DNA from: Phoronis australis
Taxonomy: Eukaryota > Animalia > Phoronida
Assembly: GCA_002633005.1 (NCBI GenBank)
Contig: NMRA01000732.1
Span: forward strand, 111,476 to 175,475
Direction: 5' to 3'
DNA length: 64,000 bases
This document shows, in pieces, positions 47,201-58,078 of the stretch. Numbering within the stretch: position 1 is the stretch's first letter; the number at the start of each line of letters is the position of its first letter. The notes under the pieces are model-generated. The model was not told where the DNA came from, searched no databases, and worked only from the letters and a program-made list of their open reading frames with translations. Position numbers and translations under genes: made by a program.

Positions 47201-49141
47201 CTGCTGGAGTGCCTCACCACTCCCCTCATGGAAGCTATGCTGGACCCCTGCATCCACCGCCACCACCAAATGGTGGTGGCTTTGCTCCACCCGTTCACCC
47301 ACCGGCTTCTGTGCGATCTCCTGGCCTACGTCCGAATGGCAATAGTCCACCTTTTGATAGGTGAGTGATTATGTACTCTAGCTACCTGTTTTGTTCAAGT
47401 TAGTCTTGCAAGGAATTTTGCAAACATTCAGATCAATTAATTTGGGCTTGAAGAAAGGTTCATAATTAGACATCTTGGTTTTCACTCATTAAATTAGAAG
47501 ATGACCAAAAGCATGCAAAAATAAGCAGGTTCACGTATTTAGCTGTACTTGACTCGTAGTAGACATTAGGAAAATGTTACTATTTGTCTATTTTTCTGTT
47601 GGAAAATAACTCATGGAAATGAAAACGATCTAAGTGCGAATGACGTTGGGGCAAGGTTAAAAGAGACGTGCTTGCTTATGTGGTGTTTTGTCCTTGTTTA
47701 CCACTTGTGATGAGAGATGTGTCTGTTTGTATTGTTTCAGGCCTAGCTGGCCTCCAGAGCCTCACCGTCCTGGTGCCCCTGTGCCCCCTAACTCTGCACG
47801 AGACCCCTCGCCCCCAGCCAACCATCAGCGACTTCACAAGATGGACAGCGAGGATAACCTGTCTACTCTTGACCTTCGTGCGGACTCGTCGCCCGAAAAT
47901 GACAGTGAGTAAAACAAAATCGCAGCTTTGTCTGTTTTTCAGCTCTGTCACAACATCTCAGCCATTAAATGTTATGAATTATGAGGCTTACTTTGTACTT
48001 TGCCACAGGGCACAGTTCTATGGTTTGTTCAAAATCTCATTTGTTTTATGTGGCTGGATTTGATTCATGTTTTGTAATACGGTAATTATGATTTCTGTGT
48101 GTAAGTGCCAAAACTCAGGTTAAACTGTGTTTATGTGTTCCCATTCAGTGATTGCCACAATTACATAGCAGGTTTAACATTTGTCCAAGTATTTGCCTTT
48201 ATTTGTTGTTCACTATTCTAGCCTCAAGCAATTCTCGTTTTGCCAACATCAACAACAAGCACACCCGTTATCCCCCACCACCATTGCATGGACCACAGGC
48301 GAGAGATCAAGCCAAGCATCTCCTTGGCAATAGGGCAGTAAGTCTGAATTACTACAAAATTTTGAAGGGACCTCGATCATCTGCATATAGGGTTTTGAAG
48401 ACTTGAGCTGTAGTTGTTGGCACTTGATTTTAACATCTTGAAAATTATTACGATTAAGTTTTGTTCTAACCTACTTAAACCATTGCTAAGAAATGCATTC
48501 TATAAATATTTAAATGTACCCAACCATTAGCATCATATTATGCACAGTTCTCATCCAAAATCAGGTTATGATCAAAGTGCCATTCAGTTGGTTAGTGATG
48601 CCTAACAGTAATAAATGATAATAATTTTTTTCTTTACAACTCGATAGATGTCTGTTACGTCTTGGTGGTAAATTACGTTGGCTGCAAACGTTTAATAAAT
48701 TAATCTTCTGGCTGAGGTCTTGTACCAATAAACAATGAACATTTTCAGTATTTCAAGCTTAATATTTCCTGTTGTGACCTGCCCACATGACATGACTGTT
48801 TTTCACAGTTTTGTATTTCCATGTTGCTGTTCTTAACGAATTACCATTTTGTCAGAGCATTATTTCATTTTTAAAGATCATATTGTGTGCAGTTCTTCGC
48901 AGAGTTGTTTCTTTGTGTCGTCTGACTATCGAGGTTTATTAATTCATAGGATGGCCTAAAGAATCCACCATCTCCACAGAACGTGCTCAGTCCAATGAAC
49001 CGAAGGAAACTGCCGAATTCAACTCTACCACCACCCATAAATCAAGGAAAGATGTCACCTAATGGTAGTACACCCAAACTTAGTTATGGAAGGACACCAC
49101 CGCCAATTACTCATGCACCAGCTCCCCATGGTGGTCGGTAG
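29237..49141 (+). CDS. Ankyrin-repeat protein (ANKRD55/inversin-like repeats) with L27-like N-terminus and proline-rich C-terminus; join(29237..29255,30926..31297,39081..39209,42439..42593,43236..43457,43685..43760,44209..44492,45302..45487,46229..46352,46658..47360,47741..47904,48222..48337,48950..49141), ~913 aa
   Basis: Exon phases all match and sum to 2742 nt with no internal stop. Ankyrin motifs: MIQAAKQGD, LGRTALMYAA, DGLTVMHQVC, LGRSAIHWAV, DGLTPSMWAC, NGRTWMHWAV, EGKTVLLTAA, QNRTALHLAA, NATPWDYA. One intron uses a GC donor. Exons in the low-complexity tail are less certain. Confidence 0.8.
30926..31297 (+). CDS. Ankyrin gene exon 2 (L27-like helices + first ankyrin repeat)
   Basis: ttgcag| ... 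G|gtaaga; ORF 30964..31338 frame. Confidence 0.8.
33813..33986. repeat. 57-bp tandem repeat x3
   Basis: cactaactacatgtgctgccatttgctattggacaaaactccagtgcattcacagct at 33813, 33870 and 33927. Confidence 0.95.
34090..35650 (+). pseudogene. Decayed hAT transposase (ZNF862/Tip100-like) in ankyrin gene intron 2
   Basis: Fragments in the expected order with stops/frameshifts: FLIRHNLPVATANNLGALFEAIFPD, SLSLDGYSD, EYIDFCV*DYGRILKHVAIRWL, LLLVLPHSNA*EE..FSVVRKTK (hAT dimerisation region). Possible left end catacctgtccac at 33548. Confidence 0.75.
39081..39209 (+). CDS. Ankyrin gene exon 3 (DYLGRTALMYAAHFNKEGAINLLLQNKADVN)
   Basis: ctaactag| ... G|gtaaat; phase 1-1; clear ankyrin repeat. Confidence 0.88.
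40368..42070. mobile_element. DNA transposon with TACCGT-type end (Tc1/mariner/pogo-like, non-autonomous), spans N gap
   Basis: Left taccgtaatctttcgggttaacgccc; right gggcgttaacccgaa (inverted); ~95-bp block of gggcggttaaccga repeats present at ~40420 and ~41960. Confidence 0.6.
40768..41310. other. Assembly gap
   Basis: Run of N inside a transposon. Confidence 0.99.
42439..42593 (+). CDS. Ankyrin gene exon 4
   Basis: cctgcag| ... AAG|gtacct; DGLTVMHQVC..LGRSAIHWAV. Confidence 0.9.
43236..43457 (+). CDS. Ankyrin gene exon 5
   Basis: ccatag| ... AGT|gtgagt; DGLTPSMWAC..NGRTWMHWAV. Confidence 0.88.
43685..43760 (+). CDS. Ankyrin gene exon 6
   Basis: ttttctag| ... G|gtatgt; DSEGKTVLLTAAELG. 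Confidence 0.85.
44209..44492 (+). CDS. Ankyrin gene exon 7 (ends at GC donor)
   Basis: ctaaag| ... GAG|gcaagt; QNRTALHLAAMGGHGEVINYLLEIGAD. Confidence 0.85.
45302..45487 (+). CDS. Ankyrin gene exon 8 (Pro/basic)
   Basis: tttgtttcag| ... AAG|gtaagt. Confidence 0.8.
46229..46352 (+). CDS. Ankyrin gene exon 9
   Basis: attttag| ... G|gtaggg; needed to convert phase 0 to phase 1. Confidence 0.65.
46658..47360 (+). CDS. Ankyrin gene exon 10 (proline-rich, poly-Lys)
   Basis: attccag| ... AG|gtgagt; ORF 46696..47364. Confidence 0.85.
47741..47904 (+). CDS. Ankyrin gene exon 11
   Basis: gtttcag| ... A|gtgagt; RPSWPPEPHRPGAPVPP. Confidence 0.8.
48222..48337 (+). CDS. Ankyrin gene exon 12
   Basis: attctag| ... 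GCA|gtaagt. Confidence 0.75.
48950..49141 (+). CDS. Ankyrin gene last coding exon (..APAPHGGR*)
   Basis: ttcatag| acceptor; open to TAG TAG. Confidence 0.75.
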   Translation, partial: DGLKNPPSPQNVLSPMNRRKLPNSTLPPPINQGKMSPNGSTPKLSYGRTPPPITHAPAPHGGR

Positions 49142-49589
49142 TAGACCTCTGGACCATCATTTGTACTGTATATTATGTCTTTGTATCATGCATTTGTCTA
49201 TCTGTGTCAAGTTATTTGAAACCTTTTTGAGTTATGAAACATTTTGCTTTCAAGGCTTTGTACTAGGACCTTTCACATTAACAAATCGGTGGCTGTGCTA
49301 CTAAAAATCGAGCTTAGGAACTATACATTTATGAACTTGAGCTCTTCTTTTCTAAGATTTGGTAATTGGTAGCACGATATTTAGGATATCAGTAATGCAG
49401 AATTTGTTGGCTGGTCATTGACGTACATCAAGTTATTGGTGTGAGATACTGATTCAAACAAGACTACACAGTCATTTCATTCATCTTATTTCAAAGTGGT
49501 GTAATTTATTGAATCAAGTTTACAACCCCACTTATATGGTGCTGTTTACATCCGAGAGCATATTTATGAAAAGTACGTATTTTTGGTCA

Positions 49590-50845
49590 TGTAAAGCCAT
49601 ATACACTTGGGTGTAAAGCTACTCTTGGATGTATATTTACACCACCTTCAGAGGTCGTGTAAATGTAACTTTACACACGTGCAAATATACACCTGGCGCA
49701 TGTGAATGCGATTTAAATTTACACACGGGTATACAAGCAATATCGCTCGGACAAGAGTCCCATTACAAATTTATTTCTACGATCTCATCTCTACTGCGGA
49801 CAACACCACTTCCCCATTAAATGTTCAAAAGCGTCCTCTGTTGTCATCCATCATTTGGAAGTGTCTTTATTGAAAGGCTGCTACTTAGGTGAAACTTTCA
49901 CGGCTTTTGTTTTCCAACATTTCACTCGATATGCACCATAACTAAGAGGAACAGTAAGCACATGTATAACTTTTCCAGGACAAATCATCTTCTCAATTCA
50001 CTTTGCAAAAGTTTGATGCTCACTTAGAACGCTGAATTTCCAAAAGCTAATGTATCACAAATGTGACCTAAACAACTTCTGTTCACATTTGGTAAATTAC
50101 CTAATAAAGACTAACCAAATACTGGAACCATATTGTTGAAATCAAAATGCGAACAATATTTCGGGTGTAATAATTGATATGTGATTTCCATTGATACCAC
50201 TGCAAATCCTAAATTTGGTTTTGAAATGACGGAAATGGGGAAATTTTTGTACATTAGACTTATCAAGTAATCCACTGTAAAAGTTCTAATTTCACGTAAT
50301 TATGCTTTTTGAGAAAAGGAAACTCCAGGAAGGTTACCAAATGTGTGGTTACCAAATCTTGTTTCCATTCATTACAACTTCATACTTGGCTCCAACAGTT
50401 CTTGATGTATGGATTTGTGTGTAATACATCCGAGCAATACTTGGCAAAACAAGTTGGCCAATAGAAGGACATCTGCCATTTGACAATTTTTAAACCATTC
50501 TTCATCTTCGCAATGTTAATTATCAAGTGTGTTTTGCCATCAGTCTATTGATCTTTTTTAATAAATCCGTACTTGACATCAAGCTCCAAGAGCAATCCCT
50601 TGGAGATACCCGGTCCTCAGAGCTAACCAATTTCTAGGCAAGTGTTGTAGAAGAATCTCTTCACTATTCTAGCAACTGTTGCTTGTGTCGCTTTTTTACT
50701 TCAAAGTGTATGAAGTGCTGAGCACAAATGTAGACTTTATTTCCCTCACATTAATGCGATGTAAATTTATATTTGCATGCGGGTGTATATCAGTTTTTCA
50801 TATGGTGTATTTCTATGTTTGTAGAAGTCATGTAAATGGGGCTAT
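49590..50845 (-). mobile_element. Decayed PIF/Harbinger element downstream of the ankyrin gene stop
   Basis: Minus-strand fragments EDEEWFKNCQM (~50480-50510), GINGNHISIITP (50163-50198) and MTTEDAFEHLMGKW (49806-49847) follow the order of HARBI1-type DDE motifs; inverted tttacac/gtgtaaa-rich subterminal blocks. Confidence 0.6.
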
Positions 50846-53800
50846 ATATGTTCATGAAATTCTAGGTTATTTTGAAGTTGGAGGTTTAAGAGAGGCGTGC
50901 CTGCAAATATTTCTATTTTATTTATTATAGATTAATATAAATTTAACACAATATGAAGCATATATCTATCAACTCAACAATATCTTAATCGTAAAGTTTA
51001 TTTTTGTAATTTAATGATAATAATTTTTTTGCTTGTCTTGCTAATTCTTTGAAAAATGTGAATTTGAATTGTTCATACCTATCCTCAGAACTATAACCTC
51101 TCAACGTATGATGTACATTTGTCTATGTTATAGAATAGTTGAACTCCCAAGATGGTGAAAACGATAGATCTGAGATACTGCTGCAGGTATAACCCAGTGG
51201 AGGATTTTTGTAATGGTAAAGGTACGTGGGCTCTGACACAGTAGCAATAACTTGGAAGTTATAGAAGTTGTGAGTGATAAACATTGAGAGGGGAAGCTTG
51301 TTGAGAAAGTTATAGTCAGTGCTGAATTCTAATATGCTGTTCAATATATTTGCAATATGTTATTGTATATATGTTGTTATTGTTGATATGTCATACTGAT
51401 ATGGATAACACATCTTTCTTGAAAAATATTAAACTAGTTCAATGGGGATTTTGGAGACAGCTATTAGCGTTTGGTCGCAGATGTATAATTAAAATGCCTT
51501 GAGAACACTTATTTTTCTGATGAATGTGATTCTCATTTATCCGTCCAAAAGTAAATTTATCTATTATATTTCTGACAACTGTGGACTGTTCCCTTCATTA
51601 AATTGTGCATACTGTGGTGCATAATGGGGTATATACTGCACAGCTCATAAAAGGATTTACTCTTTTGGTTTCAATTTCCTCAATTTGATTTCCAGTTTCC
51701 TCTTTTTTCGTCTGTTTTATCCTTATTTTGACTTTATTCATGCAAAAAATGTTTCTTGCAGTTAAATTACAACACAAAAAATATTTCAATCACATACGCA
51801 TATTATTTGTAAAATGACGTCACCTGGAAAAAATTTCCCATTTTTGTCATTAGTCATTACAAGTCCTGATGCTGTGTGTTTAAGACTGGATTCAAGTTAA
51901 AACCTGTTCTCACTCAGGTTCATAGATGACTTTATTTATTTCCATGTATTTTCCTATACGCTGTCTGGATCAAAAAATTAATTCCATTTCACAGTCTAGG
52001 TAAGACTGTTGAGAATGACTCTTAACTTCACGTCAGACATGTGTCTTGTGCTAGATCTAGGATAGTTATCTTCGTGAAACTAGTCTTGAAGACCCTTGCT
52101 TGTTTATTTGATATCGTTTTGTGATATCATTATGAATACAAATTTATTTTCATACTAGTGTGATCATTTCTAATAGAACTTTGTTGGCATGAAATGATGT
52201 AGTCATCTGTTGATGTATCTTGTTGTATCAATGTTCTGAATCTCATGTCATAATTTTTGTTCTCAATAAATGGAATTTAATTTTTTTGTTTGTTTCTTTT
52301 GTCATGCATTTCACAGTACAACTGTCGTCTATGAAACTGTCAAAATGCTAGAGTTTAACTATTCTGGCCACTCTGCAGCATCTAAATTGAGATTCTCTTA
52401 CAAAATGATCTACACCTAACCTCTGCCATAATCATTTTGCATTCTCCGTCAGTCCAAGGAAGGATTAAAATTACTACAGATTGCCTGAATCACATCTATA
52501 ATGGCAATACAATGTGCTTTAATCACATAACTGCTGTTTCAACATCAAATATATCCCAAGATTCAATAGTTACAGAAATTAATGGTTTTCTCTGTAAGAT
52601 GAAGGTCAACTATGAAATGTGAAAGAGCTACAGCTTCTAAACCATTGTGGTTAAACACTAACCTACTTGACAAGAGCAACACAAAGAATAGTAATATATG
52701 CTCACAACTGCACCTCAAATGCTATGCTTGTAGGTGAGTTTATTACTATGAAAGCCTTGTGTAATTAATATGTATTAAACTAAAAGGCCACTATGTGCAC
52801 CATAAGACAATTCCATTCCAAACAAGGCAAGTACTGTCGTCTCCTTGGTAGAAACTTATTGGCCTAATTATGTGAACATCATCAAGGAACTTAAGTGGAT
52901 TTAGAGCCATACAAAAAACAAACAATTAGGGAAATCAATGGCATCTAAGGAGATTGTGAACTATCATACAATTCTCTACATTCGCATGTCCTTCCCAACA
53001 CGACTTCACTAACTCTCCGTCTACTTCCCAACCTGCAGTCCTGTATTGCCTGCTCTCTATTGCCTACACCCTCACTCCCCTCACCAGGTACTTGGGTAAA
53101 TGTACCTCCCCTCCAAGTTTGGACCCAGGAGTTAGGGTTCGGTTATTCGGCTGACAGCGTTCTGTAAATATGAAAATCTACACAATACCTTCATTTCATC
53201 CCTTATTTTTATCTTCGGGTGCATCCCAGTGGATGGTCATGAGCTGTCTTACATCTCTTGTGGCGGTTTTTAGTGCCCATCTTTTCAGTGATTATTATTT
53301 TTATTATTTTACACTAATTCTGTACCATTGTAAGTCATAAAAAATTACCTTAGTTTATTTCGCCTACATACGGTCTCCTTTTTATCTCTGGAAACGGAGC
53401 TTATGACGCACATATCATTTTCGGGACATACGTCAAACAAAAATATTAAGTTTTTACTAGGGGGCACAGCTGTAGTTAATTAAATCCAGAGTTATGTATA
53501 TTTGATCTTACTATCCCATCCACCATAGAAAAATATCTACAAAATTTCCCAAACATGCAGCGAGGGATTCTGGACATACAGCAGCGGATGCCGGTTGGCC
53601 ACGAACAACAGCATAATGCATCCACATAAATATATAGGCGCTATAAAGATGAAAATTTCACTCCTCTGATCACATTATGCAACTAGACACAGTACACTTT
53701 ATAATAAAATTTAAATATTCAATAACAACTAATATCTGAAAAGAAGGTAAACGGCATTCAAAACTTTCAACTGAACTCCTTGCTTCATAAGATCCGTTTA

Positions 53801-55246
53801 GTGCAGTTACATTCAAGTAATTGAGAACAATTCCATAGAAAGCATAATTTATTACAATTTGCTTGCATTAATAAACAAGTTACAATGTTGAAACCAATGG
53901 CTACGAAATTTTTTCAATCAACACACAATTGTATGAAGTGTTTATCAAATCCCAGCACAGAAGCACAACTGGAGAAAGTTACAAATATCAAGAAACTGGT
54001 GTCTGTTAATAGAAACTTAAGATGACAGAATTTTGAAAATACTTTTCCAAAAATTGTCTCTGTAATCATTAAGCAAACGATAATACTTGGTATTTACGAT
54101 AGTGGAAATTATTGGCCTTCATGAGAAAAAATGTCATTCTCAAAAATCAAAAAGTGCTAAACTTCGTCCTTTCTGACAAGGATCAATGCTCAAACTAGAA
54201 ACAATAACCTAATATTAACACATTTCTATTGTAATACTGAACAAGGATTGCTAGTTTTTTTTCAGAATGCAATGAACTTTAAATATGAGGCACCTCTCCA
54301 CTGTATCATAAAGCAGACAACTTAATCCCACTTAATAACACAATCTCTGCTTCTTTGCCCTCTACTTAATAATAATAATTTATGAGATGAACACATGTGC
54401 ACCATTACAGTAATTTATGAGATAAAAACACATGAACTGATCTATACTGCTCTGAGTATAATTACAATAATTTATGAGATGAACACTGCTCTCTGCCACA
54501 CAGAGCACCCACCACTGTACAGTGACAAACTCTACTACAGTGCAAAGGTCACGAATCTAAGCACGGCAAATTTATACAAAATCAACATGATCTCTGATTT
54601 TTAAGTTAGATAGCATGCACCAATAAATATTCATAACAGTTTCTGTTGCAAATATGAATGTAAGAAGAAATACAGAGATGAGCAACAGTTAGAACACACC
54701 AACTATGTTCTTTTCTTCTTGAGATCAGAGATAATCTATTAACATTTTGAAATAAACTGGTATGTTCTTTCGGTTGTTTGTCTCTGAAATCAATCTTTTA
54801 TACTCCCATCAAAAAAGCAAATCTCAACCATGGACATTTTTAACTCTCATTGAACATGATCACATGAGGCTGCCACTACATCTTGAGACAGTTACACACT
54901 CCAATACTCGATATAGGCCAAAATCTTTTCAGCAAATTAAGTAGCCCAGAAGCCACCATTGAAAATGGCTATGTTAACAATTTCATTAGTAAATGAATAA
55001 ATCTGCCAGAAAGAAATCCCGATTGCCAAAGTACTTGTTCGACTTGAAAGGATTTAAAGACACCAATGATCTTCAGTGGTGTCCATCTATCTTCAAAAGA
55101 TACTAAGAGCAATAAGACCTTGACGGTTTAGCCAGGGCAAGATGTAATTTATTGAAAAGCTCGCAGTAGTTATGCAGTACTGGGACGTGTGACCAGCAAG
55201 ATGTAGTACAGCTGTGGTGACTGTGCGGCAATCACTCAAGTAGAAC

Positions 55247-55548
55247 TCAGTGAGGCAGCACCCTGGGTATTCTCGTCAGTTTATTCTCCAGTCTACGCTT
55301 CATAAGCTCCAAGTTTTCTGACAGTGTCAGCTCCCTGGTGAACTCGTCATATTCGTACACCGGACCATCTTCCTTGCGGAGAATCGGCAGCTCGGGCTCC
55401 ATCAATAGCGCATGATACGATAGTGATACCCGTGGGATAAATACAGAGACACCAGCCTTGTACACGGCGGGTATGGAGATATGACTGGGTACATTGACAG
55501 GCCGACTGTAGGGGTGTTGCTGAGCACGCATCACATTGATCACTTGAC
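55247..55548 (-). CDS. Uncharacterised gene last coding exon
   Basis: catcag| acceptor; ORF 55247..55642 frame. Confidence 0.72.
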
Positions 55549-57016
55549 CTGATGATGCAAACAAGATAGAGATTAAGTCATTTCCAAGACCATACTTACT
55601 GACTGGTTGTATACCTTCCGACTGCAGTCTGGCAAAGACCAAACTAGGTTATGCCGATGGGTATAGTCTGGCAAAGACCAAACTAGGTTATGTCGATGGG
55701 TATAGTCTGGCAAAGACCAAACTAGGTTATGCCGATGGGTATAGTCTGGCAAAGACCAAACTAGGTTATGCCGATGGGTATAGTCTGGCAAAGACCAAAC
55801 TAGGTTATGTCGATGGGTATAGTCTGGCAAAGACCAAACTAGGTTATGTCGATGGGTATAGTCTGGCAAAGACCAAACTAGGTTATGCCGATGGGTATAT
55901 TGGTTACAGACATTCTCCATATATTGACATTTTTTACTTAGAATCACAACAAAAAAATTTCATTCAACATGTATTAAATTTACATTCGTTTAAATTATGT
56001 TTTACCCACCAAAATCCAACATTTACACAATTCATTTCCCTCATCAAATTGATACTGGTCCGAGAATTCAACAAAGTTCGACAAAAGCATTTTATACAAT
56101 ATGGAAACATATCCTATTACATAACTTCAGCCACAGTTTTAACAGACCTAAAACGTTCATGTCCCTCCATCTGGGATCCGTTGGTATATCCATAAGTTGT
56201 AGGAGCTCACGACCGTCCTCAGACCACCTTGAGATGACATCAGCACCTCGCACCAGCAGTACTGAGTCGCTGTTAAGTTTGTTGTGAACAACAAAATCAC
56301 TCATGTACTCAACAGGATTCGTCAGATGAATGCCTAAATAGGAGCAAAAACATTTTCAAAAACAACTAAAATAAATTTTATTAACACACACTCATGATTA
56401 CTCTTATTGTATTTGTCCAAGTTAGCACCTCGGTTTGGCTATACAGGCACTCAATTTTTTAGAATTTTCACTTTTGAACACCCATGTTAGATTATATGCT
56501 TATCATCAATTTACAGCCAGTACATGAAGACTTTTCTAAAGTATTCATGTCTCTACTACAAATTTGAGCTCCACAATGCATGTAATACACTCACCTAACA
56601 AACTCCATTCACCCAATGTTTCATACCTCTAAAATGTTAAGTAGTCAAACACAGACACAATTCTCTGGACATTAAACAAAACAGAAAAGAAGGCATACAT
56701 CCATTTCCAACCATCAAAACATGTCAGTTAAAGCCCTTGCTTGGTTTCTTGGCTACACCATGACTTATGAGGGTGTGAATTTAAACACTCTGATTATCAA
56801 CCAAGACACAAAACATGTAAGTTGTGGCACACACACACTAGTGACTCAGTTAAAGATATCTCAAACCTTACTCACAAAAATTGGCCATTTTTACAATATT
56901 TCACATATATTTAGCAAAATACCTTATCGTCATTCTTGGGGAACTTCAAATACGAAATATATACCGTGCATTGAGAAAAAAGATTTAGCAGAACCACCTT
57001 CGAACCGCACAACCAT
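55247..57016 (-). CDS. Uncharacterised 179-aa protein; complement join(56965..57016,56148..56333,55247..55548)
   Basis: GT-AG introns with matching phase 1. Translation MVVRFEGGSAKSFFSMHGIHLTNPVEYMSDFVVHNKLNSDSVLLVRGADVISRWSEDGRELLQLMDIPTDPRWRDMNVLGQVINVMRAQQHPY..PRVLPH*. Exons are GC-richer than the flanks. The 5' end is uncertain. Confidence 0.65.
55626..55899. repeat. 39-bp minisatellite x7 (agtctggcaaagaccaaactaggttatgYcgatgggtat), intronic
   Basis: Near-perfect tandem copies differing at one C/T site; explains the DYTHRHNLVWSLP ORF. Confidence 0.96.
56148..56333 (-). CDS. Uncharacterised gene middle exon
   Basis: atttag| ... G|gtctgt; ORF 56092..56304 frame. Confidence 0.7.
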
Positions 57017-58078
57017 GTGGAAATTTGTTAACTACTAATCTGAGGTCAAAAGTTACAGGGCTGTCACTCAAATCAAATCTCACGCCAGGCACCGAGAAGC
57101 TTCGTATGTGTTCTCAGTCCATTCATTCACCGAGTCGCCATACACAGGATAGAAAGTCAGGGAAAATGGAGACAAAATTACGAAGTTTTGATCCTGACTG
57201 TTGAGAACGAATGCTTCGAGTCATCCCATGCCTCTGTGACTTTGTGTTCACGAAAAGAGAAGACTCTTCACCGAAATTCCTTAATTCGGGTAATTTGACA
57301 TTTTGCTGTTTCGATCTCATGCTCACAACGTGCTGTAACCACCGACTCGATTTCTGTTATCCGTTTCGTATTAAGTTTCATATCAGTCTCTCAGTGTGTG
57401 GTGTGCCTAACAATGAACCGTTGACCTACTTTGAAATGGGTCACAATGCAGCAGCTTGACCAACTTAATATGTTGGCTCCGCCCGTGACCCAGTTGAATT
57501 CAATGCATTGGAATTCGACTGAATGTTTTTGTGATAATTAAGTTAATTACGCACTGCAAATTCAGATGACATTGAACGTGAATGTTGAAATAGTGAACAT
57601 GGTTAAGGCATGTATAGGTTATATTGACCGAAAAAGGTTTCACCGAATAATTAAACTGAAGACCTTGAGACTTTCACCTCACACTACTAAATCGTCTTTT
57701 TCTCGGCTTCAGCAAATCGACTTAATTTGAACTTAGGAACACGAGAAAAATGGCTTGGTGGATTACGCTTAAACTTTCCAAACTTAATCAATCTCAAACG
57801 CGTTGTTAGGATTTTCTATATATTAAAGGCTTAGTTTTTGCATAATGTAACCAAAACGAATATGATTTCTTCTACAAAAGTACCTTACGTTTTGCGAGTT
57901 GATTTGTCATAGAAACCAAACATAAAGAGTAATCGAAAATTCCTAATAGCGTTTTTGAGGAAACTTTTGAAGTTTTCATTTAAAAAAGGTTTCGGTAAAA
58001 TCGACTGAGGCGTTATTTTGAATGTTATGAATGTACCTTACTTAACAAAGAAATTTTGACTTAAAAAAGGTGTTAACG

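Noticed and set aside
30926-49141. Calling the ankyrin protein MYPT1, inversin or ANKRD55 by symbol
   Set aside because: No KVxF motif, no IQ motifs and fewer repeats than inversin; similarity to ANKRD55 is only architectural without a search.
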